Shown one piece after another: positions 18,864-29,050 of a stretch of 64,000 nucleotides of DNA. The notes beneath the pieces are model-generated. The model was not told the DNA's origin. It worked only from the letters and a program-made list of their open reading frames with translations, and searched no databases. The stretch covers positions 32,001-96,000 of the forward strand of contig JAQCIU010000007.1 of assembly GCA_027593235.1 (NCBI GenBank), written 5' to 3'. The position numbers were made by a program, and so were the translations under genes. Each line of letters opens with the position of its first letter. Positions within the stretch are counted from its first letter, which is position 1. This DNA is from Chloroflexota bacterium. Its GTDB lineage: Bacteria > Chloroflexota > Dehalococcoidia > UBA2979.

Positions 18864-20480
18864 ATGTCGCGAACTGGTCTTGTCGCACTCCTCCTCCTCG
18901 TCGCCTCGATCCTCGCCTGCGAGCAAGCTGGCGATCTGATCCCTGGCCAGGGGTCCGCGACGCCCGAAAGCACCGTGGGTACAGACCCGACGCCGATCGT
19001 AGTGACGCCCGATCTGCAGACCGGTAGCGACACGGCCACGCCGACGCCGTCGATCCCGGATCACGAACTGGCTCGATCCGTGGTCCAGATCCGGGCGGTC
19101 GATACGGCGAACGGACTGGAACGAACGACGCGCGACGGCAGTGGCGTGATCGTCGACAGCGAGGCCGGTCTGATCCTGACCGCGTATTCGATCGTGCGTC
19201 CGTATCTCTCAACCGGCGCACCTGCGTACACAACGATCGCGATTGGCGTGAACGACGGAAACGGCGGCGCGCCACGACTGGAGTACGAAGCGCGGTTGGT
19301 CGCGCTCGACGAGTTGCTTGGTCTGGCGGTGCTCCGTGTGACGAGCGAATACGGGGGCGACGCACTGCCCTCGGACGGCCTCGTCTTTCCGGCAGCGGAC
19401 CGTGGCGACGCCTCGATCGTGGAACCGGGGAACGCGCTGCGGCTGTTCGGGCACCCCGGGCTGTCGGGTTCCTCGGCGGAGTCGCAGACGCTGACGGTGA
19501 CCGAGGGCAAGGTGACCGGGCGGCGCGGCGAACCGGATCACGCAGGCACGACGCGGTTGAAACTCGACGTGCAGCTCCCCTACGGCACCACCGGTGGGCC
19601 GGCCTTCAACCGAGGCGGATCGGTAGTGGGCATCCTGGTGCCGGAGCACTACAACGTGGGCGCGCCGGTCACCCAACTCCGCCCGATCAACGTCGCCGAG
19701 GCCCTGATCGCGAGTGCACGCGCACTACCGGAAGGCGTTCCGTTCATCGCGCCGCTCCACGCCCAGGAGCCCCCGGGCGGGTTCGAGGCGCCGATCCCGA
19801 CGGACCAAATCTGGGTCAGCGAGCCCTACTTCGCGGAAAACACGACGAACACAGCGGGACAACTCGATCTGTTCGACTACGAGCGCGGGTTTGTGAGCGG
19901 GACCCAGGAGCTGTACTTCGAGTACGTCGTCCAGGGCGCGCAGACCGGCGCGATGGTGGAAGAGCGCTGGTACCTGAACGATGTCCTCCAGGACGCGCTC
20001 TCATCTGACTACGCGTGGGATCGATCCACGTTCGCGTTCGTCGCGGACAAGATCAGCGTCGCGGGCGCGGCGCTGCCGGATGGACGCTGGCGACTGGAAG
20101 TCTGGGTGAACGGCACGCTCCGCGCGGATGCCACGGCGGTGGTAGGCGTGGACCTGGATCCACCGGTGATGTTCAACCCGGTCTTTGGATCGCTGGCCGG
20201 CGCGTCCGGTCAGAGCCTGAGCGGACCGACCGCCGCAGCCAGCCAGATTCTGCTCTTCTTCGATTACACGGGGATGGACATCACCGGCGGTGTGCGCTGG
20301 TTGATCCAGCGCGACGGCGAGCTGATGTACCAGTCGCCGGAGATGCGCTGGCCGGGTGATGCGCACGGACGGTTCTGGATCGGCTTCTCCACGCCTGACG
20401 GGGTCGGTGCGGGGCGCTGGACGTTCCAGGTGCTGGTGGACGGCGCGCAAACGCTGGAGTCCGCCTGGGACGTCTTCTAG
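18864..20480 (+). CDS. Lipoprotein with degenerate trypsin-like domain and two beta-sandwich repeats
   Basis: Lipobox ILAC; GSGVIV...LILTAYS, LGLAVL, GTTGGP at the triad positions. Confidence 0.75.
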   Translation: MSRTGLVALLLLVASILACEQAGDLIPGQGSATPESTVGTDPTPIVVTPDLQTGSDTATPTPSIPDHELARSVVQIRAVDTANGLERTTRDGSGVIVDSEAGLILTAYSIVRPYLSTGAPAYTTIAIGVNDGNGGAPRLEYEARLVALDELLGLAVLRVTSEYGGDALPSDGLVFPAADRGDASIVEPGNALRLFGHPGLSGSSAESQTLTVTEGKVTGRRGEPDHAGTTRLKLDVQLPYGTTGGPAFNRGGSVVGILVPEHYNVGAPVTQLRPINVAEALIASARALPEGVPFIAPLHAQEPPGGFEAPIPTDQIWVSEPYFAENTTNTAGQLDLFDYERGFVSGTQELYFEYVVQGAQTGAMVEERWYLNDVLQDALSSDYAWDRSTFAFVADKISVAGAALPDGRWRLEVWVNGTLRADATAVVGVDLDPPVMFNPVFGSLAGASGQSLSGPTAAASQILLFFDYTGMDITGGVRWLIQRDGELMYQSPEMRWPGDAHGRFWIGFSTPDGVGAGRWTFQVLVDGAQTLESAWDVF

Positions 20481-20538
20481 CGTTCTTGGGGCCGAGCACG
20501 CGGAATCCCGTGGCGAGCGACCCCTCAGGCCAGCACCG

Positions 20539-21492
20539 TCAGCTCAGCAGTGCCTGTAGCTGTGCGCGCGTGACGTTGGCACCGGAACAGACGAGGACGA
20601 CGCGACGGCCACGGAGCCGTTCGCGCTGAGCCAGCGCCGCAGCACCTGCCGGTTCCACCAGCAGGTGCTGCAGATCCAGAAGCAGCACGACCGCCTGATT
20701 GATGGCGTCATCATCGACGAGCAGGAAGTCGTTGAGGCTGCCACGCATGATCGCGAGCGGGAGCGCGAAGCCCTCGCCGGTCGCAAGGCCCTCGGCAGTG
20801 GTCAGGTTCGGACGGACGACCAACTCGCCGGTTCGCCAGGACTCGTAGGCGGCGGGTGCCTGCGCGGACTGGACGCCCCAGACCTCGGCGGGATGCCCGA
20901 GGCCGTCGCGAACGGTCAGCCAGCCGCAGACGCCGCTCCCGGCGCCGACGGGCACGATCACCAGCTCGATGTCCGGCTGCTGGTCCTCGAGGACCTCGAG
21001 GGCGGCGGTGCCCACGCCGGCGATCAAGGCCGGCTCGTCGGCGGAGGAGACGAAGCGCATGCCGGTGGCGTCCGCATGCGCCTTCGCGGAGCGGATCGCG
21101 TCATCGAAGCGGGCGCCACCCTCGTGAATCTCGGCGCCGAGCCGGCGGATCGCGGCGACCTTGTCGGGATTGGCGCCCTCAGGGACGAAGATCGCGGTAC
21201 GGACGCCGTAGATCCGTCCGGCGTACGCGATCGACTGGCCGTGGTTACCGGTCGAGGCAGTGACGAGGCCGGCGGCGCGTTCGTCGGCGGAGAGCTGCGC
21301 GCCGAGGTTGAGCCCGCCGCGCACCTTGAACGCGCTGACCGGCGTCGCCAACTCCAGCTTCAGCGACACCTCGGCGTCCAGCAGCTCGCTGAGCGCCGGG
21401 GACGCGACCAGCGGCGTGGGAAGCGAGAGCGCCGAGGCGATCTCAACCGCCGCCGCTCGAACATCCTCGATCGTCGGCGGCCGGATCGTCAT
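20539..21492 (-). CDS. PLP-dependent threonine/serine dehydratase-family enzyme
   Basis: AFKVRGG, STGNHGQS, VPVGAGSG, SGAN. Confidence 0.88.
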   Translation of the reverse strand: MTIRPPTIEDVRAAAVEIASALSLPTPLVASPALSELLDAEVSLKLELATPVSAFKVRGGLNLGAQLSADERAAGLVTASTGNHGQSIAYAGRIYGVRTAIFVPEGANPDKVAAIRRLGAEIHEGGARFDDAIRSAKAHADATGMRFVSSADEPALIAGVGTAALEVLEDQQPDIELVIVPVGAGSGVCGWLTVRDGLGHPAEVWGVQSAQAPAAYESWRTGELVVRPNLTTAEGLATGEGFALPLAIMRGSLNDFLLVDDDAINQAVVLLLDLQHLLVEPAGAAALAQRERLRGRRVVLVCSGANVTRAQLQALLS

Positions 21493-21529
21493 CGCTCGCT
21501 CCTCGGATCAGCGCTCGATCGGCGCGCGG

Positions 21530-22654
21530 TCAGTCGAGCGCGCCTGATTCGTACAGCGCATCGACGAACGAGGCGATGAATGCCTCGTTGACATCGGTGG
21601 GCTGCTCAATCACCTCGAACTGGATCAGGAGATCGACCAGCGCCTGCCATTGTTCCGGATCGGAGCGACCAATGCCGTCGGCACGCTGCGCGGCGGCGAG
21701 ATCGGTCTCCAGCAGGAACCGCTGGTGCTCGGGATCGGCTCCGTCGGCGTAGACGAGGGTGGCCTCGACCGCGGCGTCCAGGTTGTCCTCGATGAACGCG
21801 ACCGCGCGCAGCGTGGCGCGGAGGAAGCGCTCCACGAGCTCCGGATCGTTCGCGATCGTTGCCTCGGTAGCCATGTAGGTGAGGCCGAGGGTGGGGACGC
21901 CGAACGCGTCCGGATCGATCACGTTGATGTCGACGCCGGCGCGGCGGACGGTGTCCGGCTCGTTGTTCAGGAAGACCGGGTAGATATCGACCTGGCGCTC
22001 GATGAAGGCGCGTGGATCGAAACCGACGGCGACCAGCTCGACATCATCGACAGTGAGACCGACGGTCGCGAGCAGCGCGTGTAACTCCGCGGGTACGACG
22101 CCGGCCTTGAAGCCGACGGTGTGCCCGGCGAAGTCGGCCGGGCCCTCGATGCCGGAATCGGCACGGGCGATGAAGCCCTGGTCGCCGCGCTGGCCGAAGA
22201 GCGCGATCGCGCGCACGGGCAGCTCGTCGACCCGCCGACGGATCACCTGGGCGGCAGTGCCGGTGGTGAACGCGATCTGACCGTCGAGCAGCAGCTTCAG
22301 GTGCTCGTCCTGGCCGGACGAGTGCTGGATATTGACATCGAGGCCCTCATCGGCGAAGAAGCCCTGGGCCTCCGCGACGTAGACGGCGACGAACGGCAGG
22401 TTCGCCTGCGGCCGGAAGCCGGCCATGAAGGTGATCTGGCGCGGTTCGGGCGTTTCGGTGGGCGCCGTGGTCGCCGATTCCGTGGCGACGAGGGTGGCCG
22501 TCACCTCGGCGGTGGCGCTGGGTGAGGCGGTGGCGGCGGACGAGTCGCCGTCGTCGCCGCAGGCGGCAGCGACGAACAGTAGCGACGCGGCAAGTACGGC
22601 GAACAGGACAAGGCGCGGCGATCGGGCAGCCGCCGGTGCGACAGAACGCAACAT
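21530..22654 (-). CDS. ABC substrate-binding lipoprotein, NMT1/THI5 family
   Basis: Lipobox AAAC; GFRPQANLPFVAVYVAEAQGFFADEGLDV. Confidence 0.85.
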   Translation of the reverse strand: MLRSVAPAAARSPRLVLFAVLAASLLFVAAACGDDGDSSAATASPSATAEVTATLVATESATTAPTETPEPRQITFMAGFRPQANLPFVAVYVAEAQGFFADEGLDVNIQHSSGQDEHLKLLLDGQIAFTTGTAAQVIRRRVDELPVRAIALFGQRGDQGFIARADSGIEGPADFAGHTVGFKAGVVPAELHALLATVGLTVDDVELVAVGFDPRAFIERQVDIYPVFLNNEPDTVRRAGVDINVIDPDAFGVPTLGLTYMATEATIANDPELVERFLRATLRAVAFIEDNLDAAVEATLVYADGADPEHQRFLLETDLAAAQRADGIGRSDPEQWQALVDLLIQFEVIEQPTDVNEAFIASFVDALYESGALD

Positions 22655-22755
22655 GACAGGGACTCCAGAGTGCGGAGCGTGCATCCGCGCCGTTGGCGCG
22701 GGCGCTACACGCGTGGCGAATTCGTTCGGGACGCATCCGCGGCGTTGCGCGGGAG

Positions 22756-23628
22756 CTACGACCCGGTCATCGAGGCGTGCCAGAACAGCACGCGACGTTC
22801 AATGTACGCAACCAGCGCGGTGAGGATCACCCCGAGCGTGGAGAGCACCACGATTGCGCCGAACAGAACGGGGGTGTCGAAGTCGCCGTTCGCGATCAGG
22901 ATGAGCTGTCCCATCCCCGAGGAACCGGAGAGGAACTCGGCGACGACGGCGCCAATCAGCGACAGCGGCACGGAGATGCGCAGCGCCGCGAACACGTACG
23001 GCAGCGCCGACGGCAGCCGCAGCGACCAGAGCACGCGCCAGCGCGAGGCGTCGAGGGCACGCATGAAGTCGAGGGCCGCCGGGTCCACGGCGCGCAGCCC
23101 GATCAACGCGTTGACGAGCATCGGGAAGAACGCGATCAAGGCGGCGATCGCGATCTTCGGACCGATGCCGAACCCGAACCAGATCGCGAACAGCGGGTAG
23201 ACCGCGACGATCGGCGTGACCTTGATCATCAGCGCCGGCGGATAGAGCGCCCGCTCCAGCAGGCGTGAGTGCGCCATCACGACGGCGAGCGCGAACGCAC
23301 CGAGACTGGCCACCAGCAATCCGCCGAGCGCGGCGGCGAGCGACTCGCGCGCGGCGGTCGCGAAGCGCCCGGGATCGTCGCGCAGGGCCTCGAAGACGGC
23401 GGAGGGGCGGGGGACCAGGTACTCCGCGATCTGGCGTTCACGCACCCAGAACTCCCAGGCGATGACCAACACCACCAGCGCGACGAGTGGCGGGAGCGCG
23501 ACGGCGAGCGAGCGACGTAACTGCACGCCGAGACTCGCCCGTGGCGCGCGGACCACGCCCGCGCCGCCCGTCACACCGGGCGCATTGGCGGCGCCGGGCA
23601 CGCCGTCGAGCCAGCCGGTTTCCTGCAT
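22756..23628 (-). CDS. ABC permease (SsuC/ThiX-like)
   Basis: LRLPSALPYVFAALR, GAVVAEF. Confidence 0.9.
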   Translation of the reverse strand: MQETGWLDGVPGAANAPGVTGGAGVVRAPRASLGVQLRRSLAVALPPLVALVVLVIAWEFWVRERQIAEYLVPRPSAVFEALRDDPGRFATAARESLAAALGGLLVASLGAFALAVVMAHSRLLERALYPPALMIKVTPIVAVYPLFAIWFGFGIGPKIAIAALIAFFPMLVNALIGLRAVDPAALDFMRALDASRWRVLWSLRLPSALPYVFAALRISVPLSLIGAVVAEFLSGSSGMGQLILIANGDFDTPVLFGAIVVLSTLGVILTALVAYIERRVLFWHASMTGS

Positions 23629-24455
23629 CAGGCGCCCGCCCGTAACAGTGCGCGGATGTGCTGCTCGGCCTCGAGGAACGCGGGCGCGCTCAGCAGCGCG
23701 TCGCTGCGCGGGCGGGGTAGCGCGACGGCGACGTCCTCAAGGATCCGTCCCGGCGATCCGCTCATCACGACGACGCGATCGGAGAGCAACAGCGCCTCAC
23801 GGATCGAGTGGGTGACGAACAGCACCGACATCCGTTCGCGCTCCCAGAGCGCGAGCAGTTCCAGGCGCATCGCCTCGCGCGACAGTTCATCGAGCGCGCC
23901 GAACGGCTCGTCCATCAGCAGCAGTCGGGGCCCAACGGCGAGCGCGCGCGCGAGTGCGACGCGCTGCTTCATCCCACCGGACAACTCGCCCGGGTAGAGG
24001 CCGGCGTAGCGATCGATCCCGACGCGCTCGAGCCAGCCGTGGGCGGCGCCGGCTGCAGGCGAAGCGGCACTCGATCCCGCGAGGTCGATCGCGAGCTGGA
24101 CGTTCGCCTGCACGGAGCGCCACGGCAACAGGCCCGGATCCTGCGTGACGAGTCCCAGCGCGCGATCCCGACGCGCCAACCGCGGCGACGCCCCGAACAC
24201 CTCGATGCGACCGCCCGAGGGCTCCAGTAGTCCGGCGACGGCGCGCAGCAGCGTGGTCTTGCCGCAGCCGGACGGCCCGACGATCGAGACGAATTGGCCG
24301 GCCTCGATGGTCAGATCGACGGCGCTCAGCGCGCTGACGGTTCCGCTCTCCGCCGCGTAGGTGTGTTCGACGCCGCGAATCGCGATCGCCGCCGCGGCGC
24401 CCTCCGGGGTGGCGCCGGCCGGCGATGAACGATCGACGGTCGGACTGGGGGTCAT
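23628..24455 (-). CDS. ABC ATP-binding protein (SsuB/TauB-like)
   Basis: GPSGCGKT, LSGGMKQR, DEPFGALD. Confidence 0.93.
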   Translation of the reverse strand: MTPSPTVDRSSPAGATPEGAAAAIAIRGVEHTYAAESGTVSALSAVDLTIEAGQFVSIVGPSGCGKTTLLRAVAGLLEPSGGRIEVFGASPRLARRDRALGLVTQDPGLLPWRSVQANVQLAIDLAGSSAASPAAGAAHGWLERVGIDRYAGLYPGELSGGMKQRVALARALAVGPRLLLMDEPFGALDELSREAMRLELLALWERERMSVLFVTHSIREALLLSDRVVVMSGSPGRILEDVAVALPRPRSDALLSAPAFLEAEQHIRALLRAGA

Positions 24456-24514
24456 CGCGTTCCGTCCGGTGCACGCGCCGTTCCGGTATCCGATCGGGCG
24501 CGCAGATGCGCAAC

Positions 24515-24529
24515 GAACATTGTATGTTC
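24515..24529. promoter_or_regulatory. Palindrome overlapping a TACAAT -10 element of the ABC operon
   Basis: GAACAT-TGT-ATGTTC; minus strand contains TACAAT. Confidence 0.4.
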
Positions 24530-24683
24530 CGAGGCGGTCGACTCCGCTTGCTCGGACGGCCCTCAGCAGTCGCACGGTCGTGATTCCATCGCGGCGCCAC
24601 CGTCCACCCTCGATCACGCGGAAGCGCCGACGAACGGATCGCCGAGCGACCGGCACGCGGATCAGATACAGATCGGAACCCCC

Positions 24684-25367
24684 ATGACTCATCGCATCGC
24701 GCTGGTCGGCGGCACCGGCCCCGAAGGCCGCGGCCTCGCTACCCGCTTCGCCAAAGCAGGCCACACGGTGGTCCTCGGTAGCCGCGACGCCGCGCGCGGT
24801 GCGGAGGTGGCGGCGGAACTGGCGGCCAGCCTCGCGGTCAGCGCTCCCTCGGCCACTACGGTCACCGGCAGTGACAACGAAACCGCGGTCGCGGACGCCG
24901 ACGTCGTCGTGGTCGTCGTGCCCTACAGCGCGCACCGCCCCACCCTCGAGGGCCTCGGCTCCGCGCTGGACGGCAAGATCGTCGTCGACGCGGTCGTGCC
25001 GGTGCAGTTCGATCGCGGCCCGCGGCCGATCGAGGTCGCAGCCGGATCCGCCACCGAGGAAGCGAAGCAGATCCTCCCGGAGGCGCGCGTCATCGGCGCG
25101 TTCCACAACCTCTCCGCGGAGGTCTTGCTGGAGCCCGATGCACCGCTGCACGCGGATGTGCTGGTCACCGGCGGCGACCAAGAGGCGAAGGCGCTGGTCA
25201 TGGCGCTCGCCAACGAGATCGAAGGCGCACGCGCCGTGGACGCCGGTCCGCTGCGCTTCTCGCGGTTCGTCGAAGGGATCACGATCTTGCTCATCGGCAT
25301 CAACGGTCGCTACAAGACACATTCCGGCATCCAGGTGGCCGGGCTCGATGGCGAGGCGTCGTCATGA
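24684..25367 (+). CDS. npdG: NADPH-dependent F420 reductase
   Basis: GGTGPEGRGLA, GSR, GSATEE, AFHNLSA, LIGIN. Confidence 0.9.
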   Translation: MTHRIALVGGTGPEGRGLATRFAKAGHTVVLGSRDAARGAEVAAELAASLAVSAPSATTVTGSDNETAVADADVVVVVVPYSAHRPTLEGLGSALDGKIVVDAVVPVQFDRGPRPIEVAAGSATEEAKQILPEARVIGAFHNLSAEVLLEPDAPLHADVLVTGGDQEAKALVMALANEIEGARAVDAGPLRFSRFVEGITILLIGINGRYKTHSGIQVAGLDGEASS

Positions 25368-26167
25368 CCCCTCCCAGCGATGCGCGAAGCAACGTGCCGA
25401 GCAACGCGGCGGCAAGCGGCGAACTGCGGATCATCGGCCTGCGCGGCATCCCGATCGTGCAGCCGGACGACGACATCGCCGCGCTGATCATCGAGGCCGC
25501 GACCGCCCAGGGCGTCGGGATCGAGGACGGCGACGCGATCGCCGTCACACAGCGGATCGTTTCGCGCGTCGAGCACCGCCTGCGCCCCCTCGAGGAGTTC
25601 GAACCCAGTCCGTTCGCGCTCGCCTACGCCGAGCGGACGGAGAAAGATCCGCGCGTCGTCGAAGCGGTGCTTCGGGAATCGGTGCGGGTGATCCGCCAGG
25701 TCGGTGGGGTGTTCCTCACGGAAACCCGCCACGGGTTCAAGTGCGCGAACGCGGGTGTCGATGGATCAAACGTGGGGAGCGAGGGCGTGATCTCCCTGCT
25801 GCCAATCGACCCGGACGGCTCGTGCGCGCGGATCCGCGCGCGAATCCTGGAGCTGACCGGCAAGGACGTGGCGATCGTGATGACGGACACCTTTGGGCGT
25901 CCGTGGCGTCACGGCCAAACGAACGTGGCGATCGGGGTCGCCGGGATGCTCCCGTTCCGCGACTACGTGGGGAAGCCGGACATGGACGGTCACGAACTTC
26001 GCGTCACGACGATCTGCATCGCGGACCAGATCGCCGGGACGGCGGAACTGGTGATGGGCAAATCCGATGGCGTGCCGGTCGCGATTATTCGCGGCTACGA
26101 CTACCCGCGCGGCGAAGGGGCCGCGTCCGAGATCGTTCGTGAGTCGGCGCTTGACCTGTTCCCCTAA
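25364..26167 (+). CDS. cofE: Coenzyme F420-0:L-glutamate ligase
   Basis: ETRHGFKCANAGVDGSN, DPDGS, TDTFGRPWRHGQ. Confidence 0.92.
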   Translation: MTPPSDARSNVPSNAAASGELRIIGLRGIPIVQPDDDIAALIIEAATAQGVGIEDGDAIAVTQRIVSRVEHRLRPLEEFEPSPFALAYAERTEKDPRVVEAVLRESVRVIRQVGGVFLTETRHGFKCANAGVDGSNVGSEGVISLLPIDPDGSCARIRARILELTGKDVAIVMTDTFGRPWRHGQTNVAIGVAGMLPFRDYVGKPDMDGHELRVTTICIADQIAGTAELVMGKSDGVPVAIIRGYDYPRGEGAASEIVRESALDLFP

Positions 26168-26240
26168 GCAATCGATTTCTGACAATCGGCGAAATAGTGC
26201 GCGCAGCGTGGCCCGGGAGCAACGCAGGCTCTAGCCTGCT

Positions 26241-27575
26241 GTGATGTTCGAGGCAGAAACCAGCGACGAGGATCCAGCGCTCCTCGAGTCGATGGAGCGC
26301 AACCTCCGGCTCCTCGGCTGGTGGTGGTGGCTGCGCGTGTTCTGGCTCGGCGAGGCGATCTGGGTCGTCTACCTGACCGAGGAGCACGGGCTGACGCTCG
26401 GCCAGATTCTGCTCTTCGAAGCCGCCTACGCGGGAACCGTGCTGGTCACCGAGGTGCCGTCCGGGATATTGGCCGATCGCTTCGGTCGCCGTCGCCTGCT
26501 GCTGGCGGCAGGCGTGATCTTCATGGCCGGGCTGCTGATGTTTGGTCTTGGCACCGGCCTGCTGATGCTGATCATCGCCTACGCCGCGTTTGGCGTATCG
26601 GACGCGTCGATCTCCGGCGCGGACAGCGCGATGCTCTACGACTCACTCCAACCGCTAAAACGCACCGACGAGTTCGAGCCAAAACTGGGGCGGTTGAACG
26701 CGTCGTTGATGGGCGGCTTCGCGGCGATGACGATCGCCGGATCGTTGATGGTGCGGTGGACGTCGCTCTCGTTCCCGATCCTGCTCTCGGCCGCGCTGAC
26801 GCTGCCGAGCCTCCTATTCGTCCTGAAGATGCGCGAGCCCCCGCGCGAGCACCAAAGCTCAAGCTTCCGTGCGATCGGCATGAGCACGCTCAAGAAGATC
26901 GTGACGACCCGTTCGATGTGGTCGGTGGTGCTGCTCGGCACGGTAACGCAGCAAGCGATCGTGCTAATGGCGATCGTGCAGCAGCCGGTGCTGCTGCAGT
27001 TCGGGTTCCCGATCTGGAGCCTTGGCCTGTTCGTCGCGGTGCAGATGCTGGTGGGCGCCGCCGGATCGTGGACCGCCGGGGCGTTAGGACAGCGGATTGG
27101 CCTGCGCACGCTGTTCCTGGTGGTCCCGTTGATCAGCGCGCTCTCACTGCTCGCGGGGATCTCGGATTGGCCCTGGATGTACGCCTTCTTCATGCTGCCG
27201 GGGGCCGGGTTCCACCTGGTCTTCCCGCACGCCTCCGGGTTCCTCGCTCGCCGTGTCAGCGAGGGCGAGCGCGCGACCGTGATCTCGATGGCCTCGATGG
27301 TTGCGAGCACGGCAACGCTGGTGGTGGCGCCGGTGGTCGGTCTGCTGGTGGACCGCTCCAGCCTCGATACGGGGCTGATCGCCGCGGCGCTCAGCCTCGC
27401 GGCGCTGGGACTCTTCGCGTACCTCGTGTGGGTCACAAGCGACGACACGAACCGCGATCCGCGGGGCGCGGCGCGCCCGACGCTCGAGGGCGTCGCCACC
27501 GCGGCGGACAGCGGCCCCCCGTTGCCTCGGAGCGACGAGGCGCCGCCGTTCGTCTTCCCGCACGGCCACCCGTAG
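26241..27575 (+). CDS. MFS transporter
   Basis: EVPSGILADRFGRR, SGADSAMLYDSL. Confidence 0.88.
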   Translation: MMFEAETSDEDPALLESMERNLRLLGWWWWLRVFWLGEAIWVVYLTEEHGLTLGQILLFEAAYAGTVLVTEVPSGILADRFGRRRLLLAAGVIFMAGLLMFGLGTGLLMLIIAYAAFGVSDASISGADSAMLYDSLQPLKRTDEFEPKLGRLNASLMGGFAAMTIAGSLMVRWTSLSFPILLSAALTLPSLLFVLKMREPPREHQSSSFRAIGMSTLKKIVTTRSMWSVVLLGTVTQQAIVLMAIVQQPVLLQFGFPIWSLGLFVAVQMLVGAAGSWTAGALGQRIGLRTLFLVVPLISALSLLAGISDWPWMYAFFMLPGAGFHLVFPHASGFLARRVSEGERATVISMASMVASTATLVVAPVVGLLVDRSSLDTGLIAAALSLAALGLFAYLVWVTSDDTNRDPRGAARPTLEGVATAADSGPPLPRSDEAPPFVFPHGHP

Positions 27576-27629
27576 CATCGAACCGGCACGACACCGCGCG
27601 ACACCGCGCCGCGCGCGAGGGGGTTCGAT

Positions 27630-27962
27630 GTGACCGAGGACGCCCGCACGCCCGAGACCAGCGAGACCGCCGGGACCCCCGAGGGTGCCGCGGACAGCAC
27701 CGGCATGGAGAACGCGCACGAACCAGCCGCTGTCGCGTCCGGCGCCGGCGAGCTGCTGCGCGACGCGCTGGTGGACGCCGACGATCCGCGGTTCCCGATC
27801 TGGTTGCCGTTGCCCGGCATCGCCGCGGCGAGCGGCTGGGCGCTCTACGATGCGAGCGCGGCGGGCGGATCGTTTCTCCCGACGCTGCTCTGGCCGGGGA
27901 TCGCGATCTTCCTCGGCACGACCCTCGCGAGCTGGCTCGGCTGGCAGCTCGACATCGACTAG
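27630..27962 (+). CDS. Small two-TM hypothetical protein
   Basis: SD GAGGGG, acidic N-terminus, two hydrophobic segments. Confidence 0.65.
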   Translation: MTEDARTPETSETAGTPEGAADSTGMENAHEPAAVASGAGELLRDALVDADDPRFPIWLPLPGIAAASGWALYDASAAGGSFLPTLLWPGIAIFLGTTLASWLGWQLDID

Positions 27963-28009
27963 ACGCGCCGCGCGACAGCGCCCGCCGCGATGACACACCC
28001 GGGAACGCG

Positions 28010-29050
28010 ATGCTGCACGTCTACTACGGTGCCGATGACTTCCGCGCCAGCGAAGCGCTCACCGAACTGCGCGAGTCGCTGAACGGCGACGGGATGCTGA
28101 TCAGCAACACCTCGGTGCTCGCCGGGCGCGGACTGACGCCGGGACAACTCACCCAGCACGCGATGGCGGCGCCGTTCCTCGCGGAGTCTCGACTCGTGAT
28201 CGTGGAAGGCCTGCTGACCGCGCTGGGCTCGCGTCGCGGGGTCGCCGACGAGTGGCAGCCGTTCCTGGACGCGGCGGCGCAACTCCCGCCCTCGAATCAC
28301 GTGGCGCTGGTGGAGCCGGCGCTCAAACGCGGCGATCGCGAGGGCGTGAGCCGGTCGCCGGTACTGCGCGCCCTGAAGGCGGTCCCCGGCGCGGAGATCC
28401 GCGAGTTCGGGGAGCTCAAGACCTGGGATCGCAGCGGCCCGAGCGAGGTCGGTCGCTGGCTCTACGATCGCGCGAGCGCCCGCCAGATCGCGATCGAGGA
28501 CGCGGCGATCGACACGCTCGTCGATCTGATCGGCGCGAACCTCCGCGCGCTGGCGCAAGAACTGGACAAGCTCGCGGCCTACACGGCAGCGATCGATGCG
28601 CCCTCGATCACGGCGGCGCACGTCCGTCTGCTCACGCCGCAAGCGCGCGAAGAGAGCATGTTCGCCGTCGTCGACGCGATCGTCGAAGGCCGCGCGGAGC
28701 TGGCACTCCGGCTGCTCCGCAGCGTGCTCGACGACGGCAGCGTCGCACCGGCCCTGCTGCAAGTGATGATCGCGCGCCAGCTCCGGCACCTGATCCGCGC
28801 CACCGAACTCCTCGAACGCCACGCTCCCCAGAACGCGATCGCGGAGGCGACGGGCCTCCGCGGCTTCCCGCTCACGAAGCTGATGCGCCAGGCACGTGGC
28901 CTCAGCCGCGCCGCAGCGGAAGCCAACCTGCGTGACCTCGAGCACGCCGATCATTCGGTCAAGACCGGCCGGATGAGCGACGAGCTCGCCCTCGAACTCC
29001 TCGTCTGCAGCCTCGCCGAGCGCACCCCCCGAGCCTTCGGCTCTCGATGA
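28010..29050 (+). CDS. holA: DNA polymerase III delta subunit
   Basis: MLHVYYGADDF, PFLAESRLVIV, QELDKL, DHSVKTG. Confidence 0.92.
   Translation: MLHVYYGADDFRASEALTELRESLNGDGMLISNTSVLAGRGLTPGQLTQHAMAAPFLAESRLVIVEGLLTALGSRRGVADEWQPFLDAAAQLPPSNHVALVEPALKRGDREGVSRSPVLRALKAVPGAEIREFGELKTWDRSGPSEVGRWLYDRASARQIAIEDAAIDTLVDLIGANLRALAQELDKLAAYTAAIDAPSITAAHVRLLTPQAREESMFAVVDAIVEGRAELALRLLRSVLDDGSVAPALLQVMIARQLRHLIRATELLERHAPQNAIAEATGLRGFPLTKLMRQARGLSRAAAEANLRDLEHADHSVKTGRMSDELALELLVCSLAERTPRAFGSR

Noticed and set aside
24515-24529. SOS box
   Set aside because: The spacer is N7, not the N4 seen in the boxes at lexA.
26321-28009. 909-aa ORF as a long HolA fusion
   Set aside because: The upstream part is an off-frame shadow of the MFS and small TM genes; HolA similarity begins at ATG 28010.
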